DNA of 64,000 nucleotides. It comes from Candidatus Kaiserbacteria bacterium. Its GTDB lineage: Bacteria > Patescibacteriota > Minisyncoccia > Phycocordibacterales > Phycocordibacteraceae. Of the stretch, positions 28,131 to 38,507 are shown piece after piece. Below the pieces are notes generated by a model. That model had not been told where the DNA came from. It saw nothing but the letters and a program-made list of their open reading frames with translations, and made no database searches. The translations under genes were made by a program, and so were the position numbers. Numbering within the stretch: position 1 is the first letter of the stretch; every line of letters starts with the position of its first letter. The stretch spans positions 15,090-79,089 of the forward strand of contig JARIGN010000032.1 of the NCBI GenBank assembly GCA_029288835.1. Reading direction: 5' to 3'.

Positions 28131-30827
28131 TTATTTTTGGGTAAGATCTTGCCGAACCTCCTCAAGCAGCTCAATGATCAGCAGTTCTTCCGAAGAGCCC
28201 GGCTCTTTTTGCATGAGCCCCTCCACCTGCTTCTCCACTGCATCTATTTCTTTTCCGGCAGCTGGTGCAGGCATCTTTTGAAGGCGGGAGAATTCCGCTT
28301 CGACCGCATTCTTATTTAAGTGATGGGTAAGCGCAATATGCTCAAGTAAGGAGAAGAGGGAGCTCAAACTTTTTTGTGGTGTTGTACTTGCTCCTGCGGT
28401 AACAGAGCTCGTCGATCCTGTCCCGAATACATCAACTTGGATAGTGGAAGGGAAAGGGGACGAAGAGCTTGAGGCAGAAGCAGGTGCACTGAGAGTGAAT
28501 TGAGCTGAAGTGCTCGCCGTTGTGGGCACGCTCGAAAATTCTTCCGCAGCATGGATCACACCTTGTGCATCAACCGTGCCGAAGTCGATAGTAGTGAGTC
28601 CATTGTCATAGCCTTGAAGCGAAACCGAATACGATGCCGTGCTCGGCAGGTAGAGATATTTTTCGTCATCAAGAATTTGCAGAGAGCTTCCCGCAATGTT
28701 TTCTTTCTCAATAAAAATTCCAGGCTTGCCGTCGACAGGGAAGATGCCGGTTTGGTTTCCGTCTGCATCCGTTGCGATGAGATTGACGGGAGAGTGCACA
28801 CTCACGACCGTGAGTGGATTCAGTCCTCCGGTTGGCGAAGTACTCGAGAGGTATGGTGTCTGCGAAGTGTTTCCGTTAGTGAGAACATTTTGCAAATAGG
28901 ATTGGATCGGCTGCGCGGAGGTGAGATTACCATGACCAATCTTTCCTTTCTTATCCACTGCAAAACTTTTTGCATTGAAGTATTCCTGCTGCATGTCATT
29001 AGCGACCGCGCTCGTCGACACGACGGTGTTATCACCGCTCTCGGTATTTTTCACCACGTGGGTAACCTGCACTCCATACGCGCACGAGATGCCAAGCGTT
29101 CCTGAACGAAAACAAGAGAGTTGTTTTGAAGGTGCGGCTGTGTAGCTATACTGATAGGGAGTGAGGTTACCCCATCCACTTATCGCATAAGTGGAGATTC
29201 CTTGTGGAGCTTCCCATGCATCAAGCTCAGTATGCGTGGAGGCTTCTTCGGAGAGAAGCGCGTTCGAAAGAACTTGTGGAGTCCGTTCATCACTCGCCGG
29301 GAACTTCGCATGGAGTCCGAACGAGTCAGTGAGAAAGGAAGAAAGTTGTGAGAGGGAAGAGATCGAGGGCCCATAATTTTTGGCGAAGAGGTCGGTGGCA
29401 GGATCTCCCGGAAAGAGAACCGGATGATCGGCATCGTGCGCGAAGTATTGTGCCGATGGAAGAAGTCCATACATGCCAGGGAGTGTTGCGGCTACCTGTC
29501 GCACATTGCCGCCATACATAACGAGCCCACCCGTTGCATCAGTTTGACCATCACCATTAAGAAGTGAACCGACGGTGAGAGGTGTGCCATATTGCGGCGA
29601 GCCCACGAAGATCACCCGGTCAACTAAATTTGCTTCTCCTTTTTTCGCGAGATATCGCGTGAGTGCTTTCGCCAGCAGGCCACCATTTGAGTGCGCGATG
29701 ATGCTTACCTTTCCGCTCGGTGAAGACGAAGCAAGTGCCTGCACCACGTTCTCCAAATAACTTCGGCTAAAGCTACCCGTCGGTTGCCCCACGAGCGTGC
29801 CATTCTGCACAACGCTCTCTACATCCTGCCGCCAGTCATAGGGATAGGCCTGCCATTTCGTAATGGAGCCGGCGTTCACTAGACCATTGAGAAAACTTTC
29901 AAAGGGTCCATATACATCACCAAGTGCTTTTTGCCCGTATACATAGTCGACAAGGTCACGTGTATATACCTGCTGCTGGCTCGTCGAGCCGTCGGCATTC
30001 ATGGTTAGGTTATTCAGACCGGAAAGGAATTGTGGCTCCCACAATGTTTGTTCCGCGCCCTTTGCATTCCTCATATATAAGCGGCTCCCTTCTATTCCCG
30101 GAAGAAAGAGGACATTTGATGACTTAAACACTGGAGCTGCGGTGCCCGTTATGCTAAACCGGAGGCCGCCATATGCATCAGGCTTATAATCATAATAGTC
30201 TGGGGCATCGAGCGGTGTGGCAAAAAAGCCTTCTACCTGCTCAAGGGTGTACGGTGGTGCGCAGTCTTCCTGCCAGTCTGGATCATTTGGGCACATTGTC
30301 TGCGGATCTACATAGAAACCGTCAGGAAGGTAGGCTGCCAGGAAGTAATTTCCTGCTTCGGGAAGGGAAACCGACACTTGTCCTATAGGCTTTCCGCTGA
30401 TGTTCCAGCTTTTGATGAGCGTAGTAGTGCTCGAAAATGGTGTGCCTTCCCATAAGCCCAGATACAGCTGCTGTTCGACAAGCGTTTCGTTAAAAAGTTG
30501 GCTGTTTATGGCAGCTGAAACAGCGTGATTAGGCCAATCTGCCATATTACTTACTTGATACGAAATAATGAAGGGTTTTGCGAGTGATCCTGTACTGCTG
30601 GAGGTATCTAATATAGGTGTGAATGAGTTTACAGTGCCTGATTGGCTTGTCGAAGCGGTAAAGACTAGGTTTTGCTGGCTTAAGAACACATCGGGAGCTG
30701 GTCCGCCAAAAGTTATATCCTGCGCATGAGCGATTCCAGAAAATGCGAGAAGGGACACAGGAATGGATAAAATTACATATAATATTGTATGCACGAGCCC
30801 TTTTTGAACGATTTTGTTGGTTTCCAT
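28131..30827 (-). CDS. Large secreted alpha/beta-hydrolase-fold protein (lipase/esterase-like, GxSxG = AHSNGG)
   Basis: An 898-aa protein with a signal peptide. The nucleophile elbow IIAHSNGGLLAKAL with downstream VIFVGSPQYGTP is typical of PGAP1/LCAT-like lipases. Long N- and C-terminal beta-rich extensions are present. Confidence 0.6.
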   Translation of the reverse strand: METNKIVQKGLVHTILYVILSIPVSLLAFSGIAHAQDITFGGPAPDVFLSQQNLVFTASTSQSGTVNSFTPILDTSSSTGSLAKPFIISYQVSNMADWPNHAVSAAINSQLFNETLVEQQLYLGLWEGTPFSSTTTLIKSWNISGKPIGQVSVSLPEAGNYFLAAYLPDGFYVDPQTMCPNDPDWQEDCAPPYTLEQVEGFFATPLDAPDYYDYKPDAYGGLRFSITGTAAPVFKSSNVLFLPGIEGSRLYMRNAKGAEQTLWEPQFLSGLNNLTMNADGSTSQQQVYTRDLVDYVYGQKALGDVYGPFESFLNGLVNAGSITKWQAYPYDWRQDVESVVQNGTLVGQPTGSFSRSYLENVVQALASSSPSGKVSIIAHSNGGLLAKALTRYLAKKGEANLVDRVIFVGSPQYGTPLTVGSLLNGDGQTDATGGLVMYGGNVRQVAATLPGMYGLLPSAQYFAHDADHPVLFPGDPATDLFAKNYGPSISSLSQLSSFLTDSFGLHAKFPASDERTPQVLSNALLSEEASTHTELDAWEAPQGISTYAISGWGNLTPYQYSYTAAPSKQLSCFRSGTLGISCAYGVQVTHVVKNTESGDNTVVSTSAVANDMQQEYFNAKSFAVDKKGKIGHGNLTSAQPIQSYLQNVLTNGNTSQTPYLSSTSPTGGLNPLTVVSVHSPVNLIATDADGNQTGIFPVDGKPGIFIEKENIAGSSLQILDDEKYLYLPSTASYSVSLQGYDNGLTTIDFGTVDAQGVIHAAEEFSSVPTTASTSAQFTLSAPASASSSSSPFPSTIQVDVFGTGSTSSVTAGASTTPQKSLSSLFSLLEHIALTHHLNKNAVEAEFSRLQKMPAPAAGKEIDAVEKQVEGLMQKEPGSSEELLIIELLEEVRQDLTQK

Positions 30828-30936
30828 ACCTTCAGGGTAGGAAATGGGCTATCAAGAAACGCTCAAGAAGTTCTAAAGTTCTGCTGAGTTTTTGACTTTC
30901 CTTCGAAGCGTTTCATCCTGAATTTCCTCGGCATAT

Positions 30937-30965
30937 TTGCATTTATTTATGCTTTCTTATATAGT
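30937..30965 (+). promoter_or_regulatory. Sigma70-like promoter TTGCAT-N17-TATAGT upstream of rpsL
   Basis: TTGCATttatttatgctttcttaTATAGT lies about 35 nt upstream of the rpsL ATG, with SD GGGAGAG. Confidence 0.5.
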
Positions 30966-31000
30966 TTCCCTAGCTCTCCGAGGGAGAGTTTTTAAGTCGC

Positions 31001-31411
31001 ATGGCAACAATCAACCAGCTCACCAAAAAGCGCCGCAAGGACAAGTCAACCAAGACGAAAGTCGTGGCTCTTTCTCGTGGCTTTAATGCACTTAAGAACC
31101 GCCCTACCTTCTACCCATCTCCTTTTAAGCGTGGTGTTTGCACGAAAGTGACCACCAAGACTCCCCGCAAGCCAAACTCAGCTATCCGAAAGATTGCCCG
31201 TGTTCGCCTCACGAACGGCATGGAAGTGACCGCCTACATCCCCGGTGAAGGCCACAACCTCCAGGAACACTCCGTGGTTATGCTCCGCGGCGGCCGTGTG
31301 AAGGACATTGGTGTGCAGTACACGATCGTGCGTGGTCGCCTCGACACCGCAGGTCTTGATAAGCGCCGCCGCTCACGCTCACGCTATGGTGCAAAGCGCC
31401 CTAAATCATAG
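31001..31411 (+). CDS. rpsL: 30S ribosomal protein S12
   Basis: PKKPNSA-type core ([11 protein letters not shown]), [12 protein letters not shown] and RGGRVKD. Confidence 0.95.
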   Translation: MATINQLTKKRRKDKSTKTKVVALSRGFNALKNRPTFYPSPFKRGVCTKVTTKTPRKPNSAIRKIARVRLTNGMEVTAYIPGEGHNLQEHSVVMLRGGRVKDIGVQYTIVRGRLDTAGLDKRRRSRSRYGAKRPKS

Positions 31412-31429
31412 TTTTAATACGTAATTCCT

Positions 31430-31900
31430 ATGCGACGCCCAATAAAAAACAAGCCAGTACGCCGACCAGACCTCGTCTACAACTCAGAGGCTATTTCTCG
31501 CTTCATCAACACGGTAATGCTTGATGGCAAGAAAGATACTGCCCGAAAGGTGGTCTATGATGCTCTCGACCTCCTTAAAAAGAGCGAAGGTGAGCCAGAT
31601 CCTCTTGAAACGTTTGAAACGGCTATCCGCAACGTGGCTCCTTTGATGGAAGTGCGCTCACGCCGCGTCGGTGGTGCAAACTACCAGGTTCCGCGCGAAG
31701 TTCCCCAGCAGCGCCGCATTTCTCTCGCATACCGCTGGCTCATTAATGCTGCACGCAACAAAAAGGGAAAGCCTATGGCTGAAAAGCTCGCAGAGCAGAT
31801 TCTCCTTGCCGCAAAGAACGAAGGCGAAGCAATCAAGAAAAAGGAAGACATGCACCGCATGGCAGAGAGCAACAAGGCGTTCGCGCACTTTGCGTGGTAG
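31430..31900 (+). CDS. rpsG: 30S ribosomal protein S7
   Basis: Full-length match to the S7 pattern (MLDGKK, VRSRRVGGANYQVP). Confidence 0.95.
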   Translation: MRRPIKNKPVRRPDLVYNSEAISRFINTVMLDGKKDTARKVVYDALDLLKKSEGEPDPLETFETAIRNVAPLMEVRSRRVGGANYQVPREVPQQRRISLAYRWLINAARNKKGKPMAEKLAEQILLAAKNEGEAIKKKEDMHRMAESNKAFAHFAW

Positions 31901-31961
31901 TTTCTCCCCATTTAGCCTAGGCTTTTGCAACGAATTGCCGAGGTAGTGCGTTATAAATAAT

Positions 31962-31988
31962 AAGGACCTTGGGTCCTTATTTCTTTTC
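31962..31988 (+). terminator. Intrinsic terminator after rpsG
   Basis: AAGGACCttgGGTCCTTatttcttttc. Confidence 0.7.
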
Positions 31989-32006
31989 ACCGTGTTTGAG
32001 GACGTG

Positions 32007-32171
32007 ATGACCGATCAAGAAAATCAAAAGTCAGGGGAACAGTCTCACGTCGAAGAAATCGACGGCACAAGTGACTGCGATTATCCAGCATCTGCTGAAC
32101 GGCGTGAGCTTTCGCCGCAGGAAGTGCTTGACCGGCTCTCCTTAACTGAGCGCCTGACGTTGATTTCCTAA
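32007..32171 (+). CDS. Small acidic protein (54 aa), hypothetical
   Basis: A GAGG SD 5 nt upstream of ATG. It is followed by the terminator at 32189-32217. No similarity was recognised. Confidence 0.25.
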   Translation: MTDQENQKSGEQSHVEEIDGTSDCDYPASAERRELSPQEVLDRLSLTERLTLIS

Positions 32172-32188
32172 CCCAATGAACCTTCTTT

Positions 32189-32217
32189 GAGCCTGCGCGT
32201 GCGCGGGCTCGCTTTTT
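32189..32217 (+). terminator. Intrinsic terminator
   Basis: GAGCCtgcgcgtgcgcgGGCTCgcttttta. Confidence 0.6.
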
Positions 32218-32267
32218 ATTAAGAAGGAGTATAATGAAGGCACTTACTCAATTTATATATATAGGAT

Positions 32268-32525
32268 ATGGAAGAAATAAAAATAGGAGGAAAAAAGTGG
32301 CAGTCTGACTGGAAATCACCAGTTTCTCTCGGTATTTTCTTTGCAGGCGCAGGGCTAGCCTTCTTTGTGGTGGCATGGGTACTCCTTAACATTATTGGCA
32401 GCTATGAGACCCTAAAGTCTCAATCAAGCAGCGCAATGACTGAACAGGAAATGCAGCAGATTGAGCAGAGTGCAGCATCAGCCCCAGCAACTACTGGCTC
32501 GACTGGAAGCGCAGCAACTCACTAG
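32268..32525 (+). CDS. Small membrane protein, hypothetical
   Basis: An 85-aa ORF with one TM helix and an S/T/A-rich tail. Confidence 0.3.
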   Translation: MEEIKIGGKKWQSDWKSPVSLGIFFAGAGLAFFVVAWVLLNIIGSYETLKSQSSSAMTEQEMQQIEQSAASAPATTGSTGSAATH

Positions 32526-32637
32526 TTCCCTTTATTGTTTTTAAGGAAAAGCCGCTTCATAGCGGCTTTTCCTTATTCTTGCTAAGGTGGTAAGGCCCTT
32601 GGCTGTAGGGTGCGTACCTTAGTAGTGGAGTTTGGTT

Positions 32638-32853
32638 GTGAGTACTGATGCAGAAAAGACTTATCGCAAGAGCCGTCGGGGGTTCGCCGCAATGGATCCT
32701 GATAAGCGGCGTGAGATTGCCCGCCGTGGTGGATCCTCGGTGCCCTCCGAGAAGCGAAGCTTCTCACAGAATCACGATCTGGCTGCTGAAGCAGGCCGGA
32801 AGGGAGGGAGTGCCTCCCGTGGTGGCGGAAGAAAGCCTCGTTCGCCGGTCTGA
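32638..32853 (+). CDS. KGG-repeat general stress protein (YciG/con-7-like)
   Basis: RGFAAMDPDKRREIARRGGSSV ... AEAGRKGGSASRGGGR has the KGG-repeat architecture. A GTG start with a GGAG SD 9 nt upstream was chosen over the TTG at 32632. Confidence 0.55.
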   Translation: MSTDAEKTYRKSRRGFAAMDPDKRREIARRGGSSVPSEKRSFSQNHDLAAEAGRKGGSASRGGGRKPRSPV

Positions 32854-33020
32854 AATTCACCTCATACTGAGCCCCTCGCACCGCGTGCGAGGGGACTTTT
32901 CTTGCCTTTTAGCTCAGTTTTCAGTATTCTATGAGTAACAGCGCAGGAGCGTTTTTTATTTTACGACCTGTTTGGCTATTAATAATCCCTTGGCTTTGCC
33001 AATAACCCATTTATTCGTGT

Positions 33021-35168
33021 ATGAACCGTGATTATCCTCTCGAGAAAGTGCGCAATTTCGGCATCGTGGCCCATGTGGACGCGGGCAAGACCACCACGTC
33101 TGAGCGTGTGCTTTTCTATACCGGCTCCCAGCACAAGATCGGCGAGGTGCATGAGGGAGAGACCACGACGGACTGGATGGAACAGGAGCGCGAGCGCGGT
33201 ATCACTATCACCGCTGCAGCTATCACCTGCTTCTGGACCAAATCACTTGAGCCGGATAAGAAAGATGTTTCTAAGAAGTACCGCTTCAACGTGATCGACA
33301 CTCCAGGCCACATCGACTTCACTGCGGAAGTGAAGCGTTCAATGCGCGTGCTTGACGGCGCAATCGTGGTGTTCGACGGTGTTGCGGGCGTAGAGCCGCA
33401 GTCAGAAACCAACTGGCGTTATGCAGACGAAGCTGGCGTGCCGCGCGTTTGTTTCATTAATAAGCTCGACCGCACCGGCGCTTCTTTTGAGGATTCCTAT
33501 AAGTCTATTCTTGATCGTCTCTCCAAGAAAGCAGTGCGCATGCAGATCCCTATCGGTGCGGAAGGTGACTTCGAAGGTGTCGTAGACCTTCTCGCAATGA
33601 AGGCATACACCTTCACCGGAAACATGGGTGAAGAGGTGGTTGAAGGTGAAATTCCAACGCATCTCGTAGAAGATGCGAAGAAATACCGTGCAGAGCTCGT
33701 TGAGCGCATTGTTGAGCATGATGAGGCAGCTATGGCAGCTTTCTTTGAAGGTAATGAACCAAGCATTGGTGAGCTTAAGGGCATCCTTCGCAAGGCAGTT
33801 ATTGCGAATGAAATCTTCCCGGTCTATACCGGCTCAGCACTTAAGAACAAAGGCGTGCAGCTCGTGCTCGATGCGGTGGTGGATTACCTCCCATCACCGC
33901 TCGACCTTCCTCCTGTTCGCGGTATTAACCCAAAAACTGAAGAGGAAATTGAGCGAAAGCCTTCTGATGATGAGCCTTTTACCGCACTTGCTTTCAAGCT
34001 CCAGACCGACCCATTCGTGGGAGCACTCACATTCTTCCGTGTCTATGCCGGTACCGTCACGGCTGGTTCCTACGTATACAACAGTACTTCTGGCACTAAG
34101 GAACGTGTTGGTCGCATCGTGCGTCTTCAGGCAGACAAGCGCGAGGAAGTGGAAAAGGTCTTCACGGGAGAAATCGCAGCGATGGTGGGCCTTAAGGACA
34201 CCAAGACCTCGCATACGCTTTGCGATGAGGCAAACCCTATCATCCTCGAGCAGATCAAATTCCCTGAGCCAGTGGTATCGCTCCGCATTGAACCAAAGAC
34301 CAAGGCAGACCAAGAGAAAATGGGTATGGCCCTCAAGAAGCTATCTGATGAAGACCCAACCTTCAAGGTTTCAACTGATGACGAAACGATGGAGACCATC
34401 ATCTCAGGTATGGGTGAGCTTCACCTCGAAATTCTTGTGGACCGCATGCAGCGCGAGTTTAACGTGGGTGCAAACGTTGGGAAGCCGCAGGTGGCATACC
34501 GTGAGACCATCATGGGCAGTGCAGACGCAGAAGGGAAGTACATCAAGCAGACGGGTGGTAAAGGTCAGTATGGTCACGTGAAGATTAAGATGAAGCACCT
34601 TGAGCCAGTTGATCCTGAAGCAAAGGTGGCAAAGAATGTGACGCGTGAAGCAAACTTCGAGTTCATCAACAACATTAAGGGAGGTGCTATTCCTGGCGAA
34701 TACATCCCTGCGGTTGAAAAAGGTATGCGCGAGTCGCTCCACCGCGGTATTCTCGCCGGCTATCCTATCGTTGATGTGTCCATCGACCTCTATGACGGCT
34801 CATACCACGATGTGGACTCCTCTGAAATTGCCTTCAAGATCGCTGCATCTATGGCCTTCCAGGAAGCTGCCCAGAAGGCAAAGCCGGTCATCCTTGAGCC
34901 TATTATGAACGTGGAAGTGGTGGTTCCTGAGCAGTTTATGGGTGACATCACCGGCTCGCTCTCCGGAAAGCGTGGTTCTATCGAGGGCATGGAAGACCGT
35001 GGTATGAACAAGGCTATTCATGCGAAAGTACCGCTTTCTGAAATGTTCGGCTACACCACGACGCTTCGCTCCATGACGGAAGGCCGCGGCTCCATGACTA
35101 TGGAATTCGACCACTACGAAGTAGTGCCGCAGAATGTTGCGAATGAGATCATCGCAAGCAGGAAGTAA
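33021..35168 (+). CDS. fusA: Elongation factor G
   Basis: G-domain [21 protein letters not shown], and full domains II-V. Confidence 0.95.
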   Translation: MNRDYPLEKVRNFGIVAHVDAGKTTTSERVLFYTGSQHKIGEVHEGETTTDWMEQERERGITITAAAITCFWTKSLEPDKKDVSKKYRFNVIDTPGHIDFTAEVKRSMRVLDGAIVVFDGVAGVEPQSETNWRYADEAGVPRVCFINKLDRTGASFEDSYKSILDRLSKKAVRMQIPIGAEGDFEGVVDLLAMKAYTFTGNMGEEVVEGEIPTHLVEDAKKYRAELVERIVEHDEAAMAAFFEGNEPSIGELKGILRKAVIANEIFPVYTGSALKNKGVQLVLDAVVDYLPSPLDLPPVRGINPKTEEEIERKPSDDEPFTALAFKLQTDPFVGALTFFRVYAGTVTAGSYVYNSTSGTKERVGRIVRLQADKREEVEKVFTGEIAAMVGLKDTKTSHTLCDEANPIILEQIKFPEPVVSLRIEPKTKADQEKMGMALKKLSDEDPTFKVSTDDETMETIISGMGELHLEILVDRMQREFNVGANVGKPQVAYRETIMGSADAEGKYIKQTGGKGQYGHVKIKMKHLEPVDPEAKVAKNVTREANFEFINNIKGGAIPGEYIPAVEKGMRESLHRGILAGYPIVDVSIDLYDGSYHDVDSSEIAFKIAASMAFQEAAQKAKPVILEPIMNVEVVVPEQFMGDITGSLSGKRGSIEGMEDRGMNKAIHAKVPLSEMFGYTTTLRSMTEGRGSMTMEFDHYEVVPQNVANEIIASRK

Positions 35169-35185
35169 AAACCTTCGTAGTTACT

Positions 35186-35224
35186 AAACAAAACAGGCCC
35201 AGGTTCAGGGTCTGTTTTGTTTTA
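35186..35224 (+). terminator. Intrinsic terminator after fusA (15-bp stem)
   Basis: AAACAAAACAGGCCCaggttcaGGGTCTGTTTTGTTTtt. Confidence 0.75.
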
Positions 35225-35243
35225 TGGCTGCTATACTTCTAGT

Positions 35244-37109
35244 ATGAGTGTTGAGAAAGCTCCAATAAGTAGTAAAGAATCCTTAGGAACTTCTTTAGCG
35301 ACAAGTGAAAAAGCCAATAGACTTCCTGCTGCCGATTTGCGTGATGCTGCTTATACAAATACCTCGTATAGGGATGAGGATATTTCACGAGAGATAGCAA
35401 GGATTGATGCAGAAAGGGAAAGTTTGCGTTTAGGGTTAGAGGCATATGGACGCTCAAGTACTACGCCTCCAGTAGCTATCGAAGCGCCTTCAGCCGAGCC
35501 ATTTATTGCAAAACAAAGACTTAAATCGATACGTGACTTACCAAGCGGAACCACTGAAGAGCGCGCTGAGCGCAGAAAGACGCTTACCGAATTTAAAAAA
35601 ACCTTGCAGGAACAACGTGAAGCAATGGCAGCGTATAGAAATGATGTTGAGAAAATTTTACTTTCCAATCCAGATGCTCCTACTCCTGAACTATTGAGAA
35701 AATTAGATGAGTATGAGAAGAAACATAGATTTTCTCCTGAAGAACGCCAGGTCGTTACTAGACTTTTTACTAATTACAAAGATGCACGAGAAAAGGCAAA
35801 AGAACTGAGAAATTCAATATCCGACGATAGAGAATTGGTCCGTTCTGTAACAGGTGTAGAAGTACCTCAGGGTAAAAACGTTGAAGTTGTCCTAGGACCC
35901 ATGAATATTGTTATCAACACCGATCAAGAAACAGCGCAGCTCTTGTATGGCGGGTACCGACGAGACGTCTTTGAAGTGAATGGTTTTAAAAGTCTATCCC
36001 CCGACGGAGTTTATTTTACGGTGATTAACAAAGATAGTCCCGAAGCAAAAACTATTTTAGAACATGAGCAACAACATGTGATTAATGATCTTTTCCAAAA
36101 AGAGTTCGAAAAGGACACGGAGATTGTTCGACTTGAACTTAACGGAAAATATAGAAGAGAAACTGATCCAGTCAAAAAAAAGGAAACTGCAATTGAGTTA
36201 ATGAATTCATCAAATAAGTGGGCGTATGAGAGAGCTAAAGATGAAATCTTCGCAACTCTGACTGATCCTGCATGGTTAAATTCACGTCTGCGTCCTTTGC
36301 TAAAACCAAATAATGGTTCTCCTTACGATTATCTTAAGGCAATGCGTGAGTTACAAGGTAATGATCCACTCTGGAACTCTCTTTCAGAGGAAATTATGGT
36401 GAAGGAATATAGTGAAACAGTGGATAAGGCGGTGACTATTGCGAGTGACTTAACTCGTATTTTAGCGCCAAAAGAAATTATTGCGCTCCTGGCTGATGAG
36501 CCACTGGAGCGATGGTCAATTGCAGCGAGTCGCATTTATCAGGAAAAATTACATGATGCAACAATAAAAGCTAAAGAAGTAAAAGACATTAAGGAGAGGC
36601 TCGACAAAATCGCAGAAGGTCGAGAAGGTGCAGAACAAAAGGGAGAATCCTACGAAAAACACGATGCCCATGATGCTAAAAACACTCACACAGGATCTCA
36701 TGGCCATGGCAAACATGGCCATGAAAGTCATGGACATGGTGGTCATGGGCACGCTTTAAGTGCCAAAGATTATGGGATATTAGGTGGTGCAATAGCTGCA
36801 GCTGGCTTAGGAGAGTGGGCGGTAACCTCTATAATTATGGCTTCTCCTGTGGGCCCACTCATACCAGCTTCTCTTGCCGCGGTAGGCTTACCTGTTACAG
36901 GTTTTTGGGGAGGAGCGTTAGTCTGGTCTGGTGCTATCGGAGTCGCGATGCTAGGAGGCTCACTTCTTTATGCTTTTTGGAAATATAAAGACGTATTATG
37001 GGGAGAGCTCTCTAAGGCGGCAGGCGGAAGTGGCGGAGGTGGATCAAAACCCGCGCCTAAAAAGGCTGCAGGTGGTGGAGGTGGTGGAGATCATGGTCAT
37101 GGCCACTAA
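35244..37109 (+). CDS. His-rich, coiled-coil-rich membrane-anchored protein with an HExxH motif; hypothetical (low-GC insertion between fusA and tuf)
   Basis: 621 aa. ILEHEQQHVINDLF is a possible zincin motif. HDAHDAKNTHTGSHGHGKHGHESHGHGGHGH is His-rich. It is followed by 2-3 TM helices and a Gly-rich tail ending GGGGGGDHGHGH. The start was moved to ATG 35244 because 35217 lies inside the fusA terminator stem. Confidence 0.55.
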   Translation: MSVEKAPISSKESLGTSLATSEKANRLPAADLRDAAYTNTSYRDEDISREIARIDAERESLRLGLEAYGRSSTTPPVAIEAPSAEPFIAKQRLKSIRDLPSGTTEERAERRKTLTEFKKTLQEQREAMAAYRNDVEKILLSNPDAPTPELLRKLDEYEKKHRFSPEERQVVTRLFTNYKDAREKAKELRNSISDDRELVRSVTGVEVPQGKNVEVVLGPMNIVINTDQETAQLLYGGYRRDVFEVNGFKSLSPDGVYFTVINKDSPEAKTILEHEQQHVINDLFQKEFEKDTEIVRLELNGKYRRETDPVKKKETAIELMNSSNKWAYERAKDEIFATLTDPAWLNSRLRPLLKPNNGSPYDYLKAMRELQGNDPLWNSLSEEIMVKEYSETVDKAVTIASDLTRILAPKEIIALLADEPLERWSIAASRIYQEKLHDATIKAKEVKDIKERLDKIAEGREGAEQKGESYEKHDAHDAKNTHTGSHGHGKHGHESHGHGGHGHALSAKDYGILGGAIAAAGLGEWAVTSIIMASPVGPLIPASLAAVGLPVTGFWGGALVWSGAIGVAMLGGSLLYAFWKYKDVLWGELSKAAGGSGGGGSKPAPKKAAGGGGGGDHGHGH

Positions 37110-37231
37110 CAGTGCCGATTAAAGGTACATAAACGCTTGACCTTTCTTTAAGCCCGCGGTACCTTTAGCTATAACGCGAGAGCGGCATTGTTTTTTATCC
37201 TTATCATTATTTATCCTTAATATTTACCACT

Positions 37232-38437
37232 ATGGCAGCAGAAGCTTTCGATCGCAGCAAGCCGCACATGAACGTGGGCACCATCGGCCACGTTGACCAC
37301 GGCAAGACTACGCTCACCGCAGGTATTCTTAACGTTCTCAACCTTAACAAGGACAAGGGGTATAGGGCACGCGTTGAAAACGTCGATTCTATCGACAACG
37401 CGCCTGAAGAAAAGGCTCGTGGAATCACGATCGCACTCCACCACTCGGAGTACGAGACGCCAAACCGTCACTATGCTCACATTGACGCTCCAGGTCACGC
37501 CGACTACATCAAAAACATGATCACCGGTGCTGCCCAGATGGACGGCGCGGTGCTCGTAGTTGCAGCGACTGACGGCGCAATGCCTCAGACCCGTGAGCAC
37601 ATCCTTCTTGCAAAGCAGGTTGGTGTGCCCCGCCTTATTGTCTTCTTGAACAAGGTAGACATGGTTGATGACCAGGACATGGTTGACCTCGTTGAAGAGG
37701 AAATGCGCGACCTCCTTACGAAGCAGGGCTTCGACGGCGCAAACACGCCAGTTATCAAGGGTTCAGGCCTTAAGGCGCTTGAAGCGACTTCCGCTGACGA
37801 CCAGTGGGCACTTAAGGTGAAGGAGCTCGTCGACACGATGGACTCATACTTCCCAGACCCTGTTCGTGAGACCGACAAGCCATTCCTTATGCCTATCGAG
37901 GACATCTTCTCGATCGAAGGTCGCGGAACCGTGGTAACCGGCCGCATCGAGCGCGGTATCGTAAAGGTGGGTGAAGAAGTTGAAATCGTTGGTATCAAGG
38001 ACACCACGAAGACCACCGTTACCGGTATCGAAATGTTCAACAAGCAGCTCCAGGAAGGTCAGGCTGGCGACAACGCTGGTATCCTCCTCCGCGGTACCAA
38101 GAAGGAAGACGTACACCGCGGTCAGGTGCTTTCCAAGAGTGGTTCTGTGAAGCCGCACACTGAGTTCGAAGCAGAGGTATACATCCTCGGCAAGGACGAA
38201 GGAGGTCGCCACACCCCATTCTTCTCAGGCTACAAGCCTCAGTTCTATGTTCGCACCACGGACGTAACCGGCGAAGTGACCCTTCCAGAAGGAAAGGAAA
38301 TGGTTATGCCAGGCGACACTGTTACCTTCAAGGTGAAGCTCACCGCGCCTATCGCGCTTGAGGACAACACCCGCTTCGCTATCCGCGAAGGAGGCCGAAC
38401 GGTTGGTGCAGGTGTGGTAACGAAGATTGTTGCGTAA
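37232..38437 (+). CDS. tuf: Elongation factor Tu
   Basis: [24 protein letters not shown] and three-domain length. Confidence 0.95.
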   Translation: MAAEAFDRSKPHMNVGTIGHVDHGKTTLTAGILNVLNLNKDKGYRARVENVDSIDNAPEEKARGITIALHHSEYETPNRHYAHIDAPGHADYIKNMITGAAQMDGAVLVVAATDGAMPQTREHILLAKQVGVPRLIVFLNKVDMVDDQDMVDLVEEEMRDLLTKQGFDGANTPVIKGSGLKALEATSADDQWALKVKELVDTMDSYFPDPVRETDKPFLMPIEDIFSIEGRGTVVTGRIERGIVKVGEEVEIVGIKDTTKTTVTGIEMFNKQLQEGQAGDNAGILLRGTKKEDVHRGQVLSKSGSVKPHTEFEAEVYILGKDEGGRHTPFFSGYKPQFYVRTTDVTGEVTLPEGKEMVMPGDTVTFKVKLTAPIALEDNTRFAIREGGRTVGAGVVTKIVA

Positions 38438-38457
38438 GCACGATTAAATCGCATTCC

Positions 38458-38496
38458 AAAACAAGGCCGCGCTTTTGCGCGGCCTTGTTTTATTTT
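38458..38496 (+). terminator. Intrinsic terminator after tuf
   Basis: AAACAAGGCCGCGCttttGCGCGGCCTTGTTTtatttt. Confidence 0.8.
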
Positions 38497-38507
38497 AGAG
38501 GTACCGT

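Noticed and set aside
33673-34581. 302-aa alternate-frame ORF inside fusA
   Set aside because: Out-of-frame overlap with a universally conserved gene. Ser/Arg-rich nonsense translation.
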